Origin: Oikopleura dioica
Lineage: Eukaryota; Animalia; Chordata
Assembly (NCBI GenBank): GCA_907165135.1
Contig: OU015569.1
Coordinates: 4,774,001 to 4,838,000 of the forward strand
Direction: 5' to 3'
DNA length: 64,000 nt
Below the pieces are notes generated by a model. It was not told the DNA's origin, did not search any database, and worked only from the letters and a program-made list of their open reading frames with translations. Both the position numbers and the translations under genes were made by a program. Positions 13,020 through 24,002 of the stretch are shown piece after piece (the first letter of the stretch is position 1; the number at the start of each line of letters is the position of its first letter).

Positions 13020-13025
13020 ACCATC
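13020..13025 (+). repeat. Left target-site duplication ACCATC
   Basis: Identical to 60892-60897 and abuts the AG terminus. A 6-bp TSD is characteristic of Polintons. Confidence 0.95.
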
Positions 13026-13342
13026 AGTAGTAATATACCTGAACGGGGTTTTGCCTCAGAAAATTCGCTGAAACATGCTCTGATTGGCTCATTCATATTG
13101 GCGGACTTATCGCTGATTGGCCAGAGGCAGGGGATAATCTTTTTAATCCTTCGCGCTGATTGGCCGATCTTGACACTAATCCCCAGTTGAACTTGACTAA
13201 TCCCCCTTTGAACTTGACTAATCCCCTGTTGAACTTGACTAATCCCCTGTTGAACTTGAACTTTGAACTTGTCACGTACGCAGATTTAATCACGTACGAT
13301 TTTGCCTTAGGTGTGTTCCTAAACCCCTAGAGACATGTCACG
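13026..13342 (+). repeat. Left terminal inverted repeat (~317 bp)
   Basis: 13026-13150 is the exact reverse complement of 60767-60891. 13151-13342 is a diverged match to 60574-60766. Contains four ATTGG (CCAAT) boxes and three 21-bp TTGAACTTGACTAATCCCC units. Confidence 0.95.
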
Positions 13343-13430
13343 CGCTTGGAAGATTCTAGTTAAATTTCTTTTATTGCGTCATCGCCTGTATAAAATCGAT
13401 TGAAATGTCTTTTTCTGTACACAAGTCTTC

Positions 13431-13892
13431 ATGGCGAATTTTCTCAAAAAGATAAAAACTAATTTTCAGAAGATTCCAACAATGTCTAAAGAGAAGCGCG
13501 ATGAGGATTTCGAAATTGTCGAATCTATCGTAAAGAGAAAGAAACGAAAGCGATTCACCTTCATTTGCCGAAGTGATCAAGAACTAGAAGAAGCTGCCCG
13601 TTCGCTCGATTATGACAACGTTATTGAAAATTACGAACTCGAAACTCAAGCCGGCTACGATCTGGTGCAGTGCTTGGAGAATACGAATCATTGCAAAAAC
13701 TCGATTTGTTTAATACAGCAAGCTTTCTGTCAAGATATGATACATGAAGGTTATTTCACTTTTATTGAATCTGTTCCCAAGAGTAAAATACCTCGAATTT
13801 TTAAAGTGATTACACACCCTTTTCAACCTGCAATGTATTCTTGCGGAACAATGCTTGAAGATTATGTGTCGACTTCTTCTGAAGAAGATTGA
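13431..13892 (+). CDS. Polinton hypothetical protein (first gene inside the left TIR)
   Basis: 153-aa ORF, possibly starting at ATG 13482 (MSKEKRDEDFEIV), with a basic NLS-like KRKKRKR and followed by AATAAA. Confidence 0.65.
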   Translation: MANFLKKIKTNFQKIPTMSKEKRDEDFEIVESIVKRKKRKRFTFICRSDQELEEAARSLDYDNVIENYELETQAGYDLVQCLENTNHCKNSICLIQQAFCQDMIHEGYFTFIESVPKSKIPRIFKVITHPFQPAMYSCGTMLEDYVSTSSEED

Positions 13893-14650
13893 AAACAAAA
13901 ACATTCCTTTTCTTTATCTTTATGCAATAAAAACAAACTTCTATCTTCAAAAATGATCTTTTTCTCTCGACCGCTGTCAGCTCGGTCGGTAAAGAATCCC
14001 GCTGGCAAATTGAGCATCTGAGTTCAAATTTCGCTCTCAGTATAAATTCTTCGGTGTGAAAAAAGGCGCTTATTGGCTACTCAATAGAGTATGCCATATC
14101 CTTCGTAAGACGGTTTCACGAGGGAAGAGATCAGAAAAGCCTAACAAACAACATATCGAACAATTGTTATTCAAATGCCAAAAAAATTTTTTATTAGAAT
14201 GCCCAATCGAAAGCCCGTCAAGGTTTCCAAGAATATCGAGTTTACAGAGCTGGATGAGAAAAGTTTTAATTGATCTTGATATCTTGATTAGATGATTAAT
14301 GAAATTAGCATAATTAAACTAATTGAGTAATTTCAAACATCTGCATTATGTCAAGCTGCACTTACAGCTGCTTCTACCTATTTAGCTAGAAATGAAGTCG
14401 CACAGAGTATCATTTTTTTCTTTCTAACATTTTTAGGTACTCAGACTTCAAAATGCAGTTTGTTCTTTTCATCTGCCAAAATATCATCCATTTGTACTGG
14501 CTTATGGTCTTTGCACATTTGACCATTTTCACTCTCATCTGTATATTTTTCTATTTCTTCATTAACATTCTGTGCATAATAATTTGAATATAATTTCATC
14601 AATCATCTAATCTAGACTTCAAACTCAATTAAAACTTTTAAAAGGTTCAA

Positions 14651-15050
14651 ATGATCGACCACGAGTTTCGACTTCGTTCTAAACCAATCAAAATTGTACG
14701 AATGGGATAAGTGTCAAAATAAAAATTTTTCAGAAATACGACGTAGAACTTTTTAACATTTTTTTGGAACAGCAGCATGCTTACAACATCGATTGCGTTG
14801 ATCCTTTTGAAGAGAAAGACTACTCTGTTGTAAGAGGTGAGATTGATACACCTTTTAAAATACTCGAAAAGTAGTTGCCTGCGTTGACTGCGAAGTGACA
14901 ACTACAGTTCACCGGCTTGGCACAATGCAGGATCTTTTACGAAGGGTTCAATGCATCTACTGCAAGACTTTCCAACGAATAAAAGTGGTTGCAAGAGGAA
15001 ATTATCGACTTGACAACTATCTGACTCAACTACCGACTTTGATGTACTAA
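14651..15050 (+). CDS. Small 3-exon CxxC...CxxC zinc-ribbon-like protein (108 aa), absent from the ORF track
   Basis: Exons 14651-14695, 14734-14836 and 14872-15050 total 327 nt, with GT-AG introns of 38 and 35 nt. Reads ...VVACVDCEVTTTVHRLGTMQDLLRRVQCIYCKTFQR... Confidence 0.6.
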
Positions 15051-15824
15051 CTGCCAATGTTCAAAACAAACTTCATTTTCGATTGAAAAATCAATTTTGT
15101 GGAAAACTTTCAATTGATCGGTATCGGTTATCCTTTACCGTGAAATTTTATTCGATATTTGCAGGGTAATATAAGCAGGGCCGGATTTGGTTTTTCCATT
15201 CAAAATGATTCAATAATTTGTTTGTTTTCTATATCGAAAAATGCTGCAAGAGTCTCACCGTAACCTGGAAGAAACGGCTGTGCAAAAATGAAACATTAAA
15301 ATTTCTGATAAATCTTACAAAATCAACGAGATAAAATGATTATCAATTAATTTGTTTCGAAAAATATTGAACGCAAGAGCTCATTTGTATATTTTTATTC
15401 ATTATCAAATGATTTCAAAAAGATTGCTAAAACATTTGAAATAATCGTATGCTTTTGTCATTAAAAATATAATTTGTTAACTTCTGTTATTTTACTGATT
15501 TCTTAATTCTTCTTTAAAATGCTACTCAAAGAAGATTACATGCTGTATTCCATTCGCAAAATGATAACATTATGATCTCCTAGAATACAGTCGATAGTGT
15601 TGAGAAATCTATTTTGAAAATAAACTTTTTTTAAATTCTAGAATACTATTGTGTTATTATTTACTTGCAAAAAACTTTGAACAAATAAATTGCAATTAAA
15701 CAAAGAAGACACAAAATTCAAATGTTTCTAGAACAATTTGAAGCTTGATTGTTTTTTTTGAAAGAAGAAATTCTATTGCAGCCGAAAAGGGGTTATACAG
15801 GCGCAAGAATTGTTCGCAGAGGAG

Positions 15825-16647
15825 TTAACCGAGGGATGGTTCTTCGGGAGCGACGGTCTGATCCATGTTCTCGCCAGACTCTTCGTCTTCTTGCCAGCCG
15901 GCGCCAGCCAAGCTGAAAGATTTTCCCGAACGAGTTCGGAAGTGCAGCTTGATCTGCTGGCTCTGGAGATCGTTCCAGAGGTTGTTCATTCGTTCGTTGC
16001 GCTGGGCGAATAGCCGCTCGCAAACTCGTCGGACCTCTTCTCTCTGGACAGGGGTCAGGTGGGCACTCAAGTGCGTGGCCAGAGAGATATTCTCTAGAAT
16101 TGAGTTTAGTGAAATGTTTTGAAGAACTAAGATTACCTCTGGGATCGTTCATGCTGATATCCTCTTCTCCAATCCAGAGAGGCAAGACAGCAGGGGTTTC
16201 GTCATGGTTACCCGCGGTGTTTCCCGGGTATCGGAGGTTAAAAGTTCGCTCTTCGAGCGAATCAGCCTCTCCGATGCTTTCGTTGAGGGGAGCGTTGTTC
16301 TCTAAATACAGTCGATTATAATTTGAAAAAAGGGTAAAATTCTTACCCGGTTGAGAGAACAAGTTTCGACGGGCCTGAGGCTCAGCCAAAGGGTCGACTT
16401 GCTCTTCAGCAGGTTGAGCTCCTTCCTGGCGCTGGTTTCGATTAGATCGAAGACCTAGAACCTTGCCCATTCCCTTTGAAACGGAAGAAAGCAAGTTCTT
16501 TCCAGTTCTTGCCAATTCTGGCTCTTCGAGCAAGTTTGTGAGGAATCCGTCGATGTCTTGACGGATTTGAACAAGTTGTTCAACGATTTCCTTTTGCTAA
16601 TAAAAAATTTTTTCTGCGTAACTTCACCTTTTTCTTACCTCGGCCAT
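15825..16647 (-). CDS. Polinton hypothetical protein, 4 exons
   Basis: ATG 16647 (MAE|QKEIVEQLVQIRQDIDGFL...). Three GT-AG introns of ~40-45 nt link ORF-track segments 15793-16533 and 15825-16070 in frame. Confidence 0.65.
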
Positions 16648-16971
16648 TTTTCGAATTTGGTGTAGTTCCGAAAACTCCAAAGTGCGAACTGACAAAATGT
16701 GAAAAAATTTTTTTGAAAAATAGAGACATTCTAGAGATTTTTCACAACATTGATTTTTTTATTTTTTTTGTTTTTGAGTTTTCAGACAAAGAAGTAAACA
16801 ACATGAAATTTTGAATAACAGATTCAAATGTTAAGTTTTTGGTCGAGCAATTCTTTGGTGATTGAACGACGTTTCTTGCAATTTTCTACAGTAAACCAAG
16901 CTAGAACGTATCGAATTTCGGCAAGAAGAAATCGTTTGTAGTCGATATTCATCACTGAGAATTTTTAAGAT

Positions 16972-18870
16972 TTAAAGGTTTTCTTTCTTACTTTTCCAGT
17001 GTGGAAGAACTTTTGTTATATCATCAAGTTCCTCTTGCGTTCCAAAGTCATGAGGTGCGTAACCTACGTTGAAATCAGGTGGATTGTTTTCTTTGTTGTC
17101 GTAAATTGGTGTCGAAGCGTGAACAGAATTCTTCAATTCATATTCCAAGTCTGTTAAAAGAGGGGACATGATTGGAGAAGGGTCGTCTTCTGATCGAGTA
17201 AAGTCGAGATCGCTATCTGTCGCGCTAGTATCAAGCTGTTCGCTGTGATTTTCTTCTTTTGGTGAGTCGTTTTGTTCCGGTTCTTCTTCAGAAATTCCTA
17301 ATAAAAATGTTTGTTTTGGTCTTTGGCATAAAAATTACTATTCACGTTTTTGGCTCCTTTCAAGTCGAGTAATTTTAGTTCTTTGCTTTTGAAGTGTTCG
17401 AGGGCCTTTTAAATCTTCCTCGAGGTCCAAAATAGAACTCACGTGAAGAAGACGGTGGCCCAAAAGTACCTTCAGGGATTTTACCGGTAAATAGGGATGG
17501 CTCATTAGGTGGTGATGAAGGGATTCCAAAACGAAATTTCGGCTTTTCTTCGTCACTCGAGTTTTCCGTATTGTCGTTTAGTTTCAACTTTTTGATACTT
17601 TGGTCACCCATAGAATCAATATTTTCATTGATACGCCTTTTTTGATCGTCATTCAACACGACAGTTGATGGACATTTAATTAGCTTGGGTGCTTCGAGTG
17701 TACGCATTCTTAATAAATTGATTGTCAAAATTTTAGAGATATGGAAAATCAAGCTTGTTAATATAGTCATTTTCATTTTCGAAAGGTGTGACAAGTAAAG
17801 CTTTTTTGAGTTTTAACGCATTAATCTTGTAATCAATTTTCTCTAAATAATCGTTAAAATAGGACCTTGGAAAGACTCGAACTTGTTTCATATTTTCTCT
17901 GAGTCTAATGTATGATAAAGATTCTCGATACTCTAAAAGTTCTTGATATCCTAATTTCTCTACAGAAGGGGTGAATTCTTTAACAAGATTTTTAATATAA
18001 TTATCAATAAATTTTCGGGGATAATTGTTTTTGTTACGGCTCAAGTAATCTCTAACGATTGTTTCAATAAACAAATTATAAAAAAAGATTATTTTTGGGC
18101 AGCTAATATCAGACCAAAGCAGTTTATGCCAACGAAAATGGTCGATAAAGTTTCTATAAGTGACAGATTGAAGTGTCATCTCGATTTTATACTCATTTGT
18201 AGACAAGGATCGACGATATTCCAGCTCTCTTTTGACGATAACTTGATCGTTATTTCCAACTGATTGTGACGAATGCAAAGTTCTGCTCTGTAAGAAACGC
18301 CGCACAGAGAAGAGAAATAATCTCTTCACTATCCCTAACGTTTCTCAAAAGCAGAACTTTATTTCAAAGGGGTTTCGAAGAATTTTTCAAGGTTTCTAAA
18401 TCAAGTATGAAAGAGAAGCACGCTTACAAAATAAACCTGTTTGTAACACGCATCGAGGAATCCGTATGGCAGGCTTTCAAATAGGTCAACTCGGGAACAA
18501 CTGAAGGGTAAAGATGGAAAATTTGTTTTTAAATTAACCGTCATTAACCCTACCTTGAATCTCTGAGAATTTCACTTTTACTACGTTTTCCCAATCGTTA
18601 TTTTCATCGTTGAATTGCTTCTCAAAATAAAAGAAAACTTTACTAGCAGTGTTTGTGTTATGCTCTCCAAACACAAGCTCAAGTGCTTGATAGTTATCAC
18701 CATGTTGAGTTACTTTTACAAAAGGGTGATTTTTTCTAATTTGTCTTTTGTTGGAAGTTTTAAGAGTAAAAAACAAACACATTTGGTATTGTCGAGCCAA
18801 AAGCTCTGAAATTTATACGTTCGATGTCGGATTACGATTGAGATTAGCGGGATTATTAGACAGTAATCAA
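16972..18870 (-). CDS. Cluster of 2-3 hypothetical, partly spliced minus-strand Polinton genes
   Basis: ORF segments 16972-17169, 17375-17794, 17733-18329 and 18534-18800 with short GT-AG gaps (e.g. ~18500-18540). Exact models not resolved. Confidence 0.45.
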
Positions 18871-19001
18871 GTGTCGAAACAATGACAAATTAATCGAAGT
18901 CTAATCGCAGGATGATATGCTTTCAATTGACATAAGAATCTTATCCGGATTTAAAATCGTATAAAGACAAAGATGTTTGTGGATACCTTTGCAAACAAAA
19001 A

Positions 19002-19539
19002 ATGGCTCGTATAAAAATCGTCGTAACTGAAAGGGGTGAAACCACTTACAGCTACGACGGTTATATCAGTTCTCGGGTTGACTTTTTCTTCCGAAGCTTC
19101 GGAGATCGCAAAGTGACCTTACAGGATGAAATCCATTCCAGAGATCGTCAAAGAGAATCGGATGTCTTTTTCTCCACCAATAGACTACCGGAAGAATTAA
19201 ATCTTGATCGAAAGAAACGTAAGCATTTATTATTTGTCATGTAAATTAAAACGAATCGTTAAGTTGAGTTCTCAAAGAAGAATCAGCAAGTTGAATTCGG
19301 CGAGGAAAGCGAGTTGTCCTCAGACTCGGAATTTTCTTTCGAAGAATCTGATTCAACTGAACCAGTTAACGTCGATCTGCGAAGAGACTCCTTCTACCAG
19401 TTCTGGTGCTACCAACTCACCGCCTCCTCCAAAAAAATCTAAAAAATTAAGGAAAATCAATCGTAAACCCTCGATGAGACTAAGGAATCGTAACAAAAAG
19501 CCTGTTTTGCGTAATAGAAACAATTTTACTCATCGTTAG
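19002..19539 (+). CDS. Polinton hypothetical protein (spliced)
   Basis: ORF MARIKIVVTERGETTYSYDGY with a GTAAG donor at ~19219 and a downstream exon. The frame of the second exon is uncertain. Confidence 0.5.
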
Positions 19540-19880
19540 ACATACTTCTTAACATTCCCGAGTGACTTATTTTCTGTAATTGATGTTTAATTTGGACTGT
19601 AAATACTAAATTTTGATGTTGTGAACTTTGACTATAATTTTCTCAATTTAAGAATGGACGATTTTAACGATCCCACGACTGACAGCAACAATAACGATTT
19701 CAAAAACGATCCGAAAGAAACCTTCAACGAACTGATTTTACTTTTTACGTCATTCTTTATTACAAAATAAAAAATTTTTCGCGTGAAATCTATTGATCAT
19801 TTTCCTTCCATGATACCGATCAATGCGGATGACCCTGGTGTGAGTTCGATTAGTTACGCTAGAATAAAAAGGCAGGACAC

Positions 19881-20315
19881 TTGAGCAAGATTATGGCAGA
19901 GTTAACTCTAACAGAGATTTATCAAGAGCCTAATACCTTTATTAGACTCGAAGGTGGTAGAATACGGGCACTTTGGTCCTACAAGTCGACTTCTATTGAA
20001 GACGATGAATTGCCACGAGCGCTCCGTCATCTTGACTGGCTGAAAAAAGTTGCAAAAGAAGCCCGGAGAGATCTTTCTCATTTGGTTGATGATGTGCACG
20101 GATGGATAAAATTTACGATCCCTTTCAATACAGACCCGATTGTTCTTGTGGAGCGAATTCGAGCTCGACAAGAAACAATTGATGAGCTTCACAGAAGGAT
20201 TGCATTAGTGCGTAAAACCTGCGAAATCTACGAAAAAGCAATCATCAAACAAGAGAGTACAATTTATTGCTACATTCGCTCGATCGATACTCTTGAAGAA
20301 GGAGAAATTGTTTGA
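19881..20315 (+). CDS. Polinton hypothetical helical/coiled-coil protein
   Basis: 144-aa ORF, probably starting at ATG ~19893 (MAELTLTEIYQEP), with a heptad-like C-terminal half. Confidence 0.6.
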   Translation: MSKIMAELTLTEIYQEPNTFIRLEGGRIRALWSYKSTSIEDDELPRALRHLDWLKKVAKEARRDLSHLVDDVHGWIKFTIPFNTDPIVLVERIRARQETIDELHRRIALVRKTCEIYEKAIIKQESTIYCYIRSIDTLEEGEIV

Positions 20316-20410
20316 CTGCCAAAGATCAAAACATTGAGTTTAAAACTGCAATTTCCTGCCAAATAAAACACGTAAAATGTCAAAATAAAACGTTGTTGTC
20401 AACAAAACAG

Positions 20411-21137
20411 TCAGAATCGATCAAATATCCAGGGAACTCCATTCAGATTTGGCGTGTCGAGAAAGAGGTTGGTGTAGACTCGAGCTTGAGTAGGTCGCGT
20501 GGTGTCTTTTCGGATTATGACGTGTTGATGTCGAGGAACTCGCTTTATTTTGAAGAGCAGCATTGCGGCGTTGAAAGCGTCACCTTCGCCGGTCTTGGTG
20601 GCGATTTGCTTGTTGACTGAAACGTCGTTGTTGTTGTTGAATAAGATGAACGCTGTCATACAGTTTCTAAAGTAAAAGTTAAAAATTTTTTCAATTTATT
20701 AAAACTTACCGCAATGTGATGGCTCGCTTCGATCGCTCGTAAAAATTTTGTGCTGTAAAGGCAAGAGAAATGCCCATGTGCCTACGACCAAATGTTACTA
20801 ATCTTTCTATAACATCACTTTCAATACACTCGCTCCACATATCATCAATTATGATAAATGTGTCTCGAGTGCTTTCGTTAAAAGTTTCGTCAACCCATTT
20901 AGCAGTTGGCAACCCTTCAATGACATAAAGTTTTTGATGGGCCAAAGGTGTTATATCCAACGGCTCAAGCCGAGGCATAAAATAATAAATTGTTGAAATG
21001 GTACCTTTGATACCATTTTTTTCAACAAGATTTTTAATAAAAAAAGATTTTCCCGCTCCCGTAGTTCCACTTACCAATAGAGCACATGGATGCGAAAATC
21101 GCAAATCTTCTATATAGTTGGCTATATAGTTGGGCAT
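20411..21137 (-). CDS. Genome-packaging ATPase (FtsK/A32-like), 2 exons
   Basis: Walker A GTTGAGKS, Walker B FIIIDD and the RRHMGIS...TAQN motif. A 43-nt GT-AG intron (20709-20667) joins ...AITLR to NCMTAFILFNN... Confidence 0.93.
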
Positions 21138-21502
21138 GTGAGAGCCTTGAAAGTGAAGAGTCCTGGAACGGTGTCTGGGATGTCAATCGTATCGTCTTTT
21201 GCCGGTTTGTAGCCAGTGATCCAGACGACGTTTGTCTTTCGCCTGAGCTTTTCATGGAGTGAGTCAAGATATTCCATTTCTTCCGGATCAGATTTTTTGA
21301 AAGAGTAGCTGTTAGTCAAACCCTTGAATTTGGTACCGACCTGGATAAGCTTGTACCAATCTGGAGGATTCTCAACAGTTGGAACAAGTGCTGGATTAAA
21401 AGTCGGAATGATGGAGTAGGGGTGAGGATTGACCATGAAGCTTGGTGTCTCTACGAGAATCGGAAAACCGAAAGTTTTTGCTTGTTCGTCGATCTTGTTC
21501 AT
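21122..21502 (-). CDS. Polinton hypothetical protein overlapping the ATPase start
   Basis: 126-aa ORF whose stop codon lies 16 nt past the ATPase ATG. Confidence 0.6.
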   Translation of the reverse strand: MNKIDEQAKTFGFPILVETPSFMVNPHPYSIIPTFNPALVPTVENPPDWYKLIQVGTKFKGLTNSYSFKKSDPEEMEYLDSLHEKLRRKTNVVWITGYKPAKDDTIDIPDTVPGLFTFKALTCPTI

Positions 21503-21691
21503 CTCCTTTCCTTGTCAGATTGTATTCTGAAAAAAGAAGTGTCAGCGCAGGGATTATAAACCCTTATAGAGGGCGCTCTTTCTAATCCTATAAATAAGAT
21601 AAAACAGTAGATATTAATTCATAACCATTTTAACAAAAGAGAAGACGTAAGCAATTATAAAAATAAAAGGTATTTATAAAAATATATTTTA

Positions 21692-22714
21692 GTGTCAATG
21701 AGTATTAATGATATTCGCGCGGGAATCCCGTTACCAGTCGTAAATCATATTTCATCACAGCTTGAAGCAAACCCTGACACCGGCGGAATAAGACTACAAG
21801 CACCTAAAACGGCGGAAGAGCCGTATCCAGATTATGGGGAAAAGGCAAGTGAAGCGGCCCGCTTATTTGGAAGAATATCAGACCGAGTTTTCCCAATTGG
21901 GAAATCGTACTCTCAAGGAGAGTTCGAGCAAGGAGAAGACGAATACGAATGGGACAATAGTTCCGGCGAAGAATATCTCTCAGAATCAGAAGACGAACCT
22001 GCCAATCATCAAAACAAACCCTTCTCCGATCCAGCAGGCGGCAGAATGGCAAGAAAATCTGACGAAACATTTGAACAAGATTGGAATAGGCGATCCAAAC
22101 GGTCTGCCAAGTGTTTCGCCAGTGATGTCACCGGCTCTTTTATCGAAGATGAACGGAATCAACTTTCTGACAGTGATGACAGGCGAAACAGCTCCTCCTT
22201 TGCCTCCAGATACAAGCAACAAAGAAACTTTCCCAAGCGTAGAAAACGACCAATTATCCGTCACCGATATGGACACTATGGAGACGAGGATGACAACCGA
22301 AACGGACCCTTCTATTACAATGAAAGAACCGACGAATTCGAGTACGGAGAGCCAAGATTGGTGGGAGAGTCCTCAAGAAAAGTCGCCACTGCCGTCAAGG
22401 GGGAACGCCAACGAAGAACCGATGGATTTAGACCCGTTAGATTTAGGTCCAGACGCGTTGGAAAGACTCCCTCCACAACCGGCTCCGTTACCACCCCCAC
22501 CGCCAACAATGCCACCACCCCCGATCAAATCATCACAATTACCGATGACGAGGATGAAGAGCAGCAGCCAACAAAGCCAAGAAAACGAGTTGTCACCCCC
22601 TTCCGCTTACCAAAAGGTTCCACAACAGCAGCAGAATCAAGCAGTGGATCAAGCTCCGAGGGAGAACCTGACGAGGGAGACCCGCTCACAAACATCGACA
22701 ACTTTTGGGGATGA
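21692..22714 (+). CDS. 340-aa acidic/basic low-complexity ORF overlapping the integrase N-terminal extension
   Basis: Open for 1023 nt, of which ~880 nt overlap the integrase frame on the same strand. Confidence 0.55.
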   Translation: MSMSINDIRAGIPLPVVNHISSQLEANPDTGGIRLQAPKTAEEPYPDYGEKASEAARLFGRISDRVFPIGKSYSQGEFEQGEDEYEWDNSSGEEYLSESEDEPANHQNKPFSDPAGGRMARKSDETFEQDWNRRSKRSAKCFASDVTGSFIEDERNQLSDSDDRRNSSSFASRYKQQRNFPKRRKRPIIRHRYGHYGDEDDNRNGPFYYNERTDEFEYGEPRLVGESSRKVATAVKGERQRRTDGFRPVRFRSRRVGKTPSTTGSVTTPTANNATTPDQIITITDDEDEEQQPTKPRKRVVTPFRLPKGSTTAAESSSGSSSEGEPDEGDPLTNIDNFWG

Positions 22715-23679
22715 TATTTCACCGTCTGCAAATTTGTTTTATAATTTAAAACAACCTTCTGCTTACAGCGGTCTTGATTTGGCAAAATTTAAAGCTCGAA
22801 ATAAGGTTATTTCAATCCATAAACCTTTTCGGTCGCGCTTTCGACGTAATCCAATTATCGCCACAAATTTGTATACAGTATTATTTGCAGACACCTGTGA
22901 ATACTATATAAAAGATGCTGCGATAAACGGTGGATACAAATACATTCTTGTGGTTGTGGATGGGCTATCAAGACAGAGTTTTGTTCGCCCTCTGTTTACA
23001 AAATCCTCTGAAGAAACTTCTGCGGCTTTGGAAGATATTATCAAACGGCTCGATTTACCCGGTCACACTTTTTTGATGACAGATCGAGGTAAAGAATTTT
23101 ATGGTCATGTGGCTCCTATGCTTGAGAAATGGGGAATAACACCATACAAGTTGACAGGAAGACATAAAGCTTCCATAGCTGAACGCTTCATGTAAGTTTT
23201 AATTTCTATTTCGAGAATATAAAAATATTTTTAGCCAAACTCTTCAGTCTCGCCTTGCTCGATATTTTGCAGCTCACAATAATTATCGTCGTTGGATTCA
23301 TATTCTGCAGCATATAAATGCTCTGTACAATTCTACTGTGCACAACTCTATTGATATGCCTCCAAAAAGTGTGACACGTGAAAATGCGCCCCAACTTTTC
23401 AATTACCTGGAGCAAAAACGTCGGAATGAAGCTCAACGTAAAACTAAAACTAAATTCCACATCGGTGATTTGGTGAGAATTCCACTAAATGATCTTGGAA
23501 AGAAAAAATTTAAAAAAGGAGCTACTCCGAATTGGTCGAATCAGCTTTACAAAATTGTGAAAATTCATTACGGTACTCTTGTTCCAACGTTTACGCTTCA
23601 TGACTCTCGGGGTAAACCTCAACTGCGACGTTATTACGAAAACGAGTTAAATTTTGTGATGAGTTCTTTTGATTTGTGA
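21834..23679 (+). CDS. int: Polinton retroviral-type (rve) DDE integrase, 2 exons
   Basis: FADT (D), TDRGKEF (D) and AERF (E). A 43-nt intron (23192-23234) restores ERFIQTLQSRLARYF...WIHIL...YNSTVHNSIDMPP. The C-terminal FKKGATPNWS...YYENEL is typical of Polinton integrases. Confidence 0.95.
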
Positions 23680-24002
23680 ATAAATGAATTTGTTTAGACA
23701 TTTATCGACCGTGTGATGAGACCAGTTCGAAAATCGACATCGAAGAAGAAAAAGCGATCGTCGAACAAGAATACGAAATGGAACAAACGAAAGATTGCGT
23801 ATCTGGTTACAAGCACTGGGGGTGTTATTCCACTTGGTCGCAGACGAAAACGTCGATAAGAAACCGCCAGAAGGGTTTAATTTTAACCCTCTCCTCATCA
23901 ATAGTCATCTTTGTTGTCTTGTATTATCTCTTTCAGCGCAAGATTGTTTTTTGTCAATCTTTGCAAAATCTGTCCACATTTTTTAATAAATTCTTTTAGA
24001 TA

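Noticed and set aside
13188-13250. 21-bp repeats as a CRISPR array
   Set aside because: They are head-to-tail with no unique spacers, lie inside a TIR, sit in a eukaryotic context and have no cas genes nearby.
13950-15790. AT-rich stretch as a nested DNA transposon remnant
   Set aside because: No TIR, TSD or DDE motif was found, and part of it resolves into a spliced zinc-ribbon gene.
21834-23679. Integrase as part of an LTR retrotransposon
   Set aside because: There is no gag, RT, RNase H or LTR. The context is pPolB/MCP/ATPase with TIRs and a 6-bp TSD.
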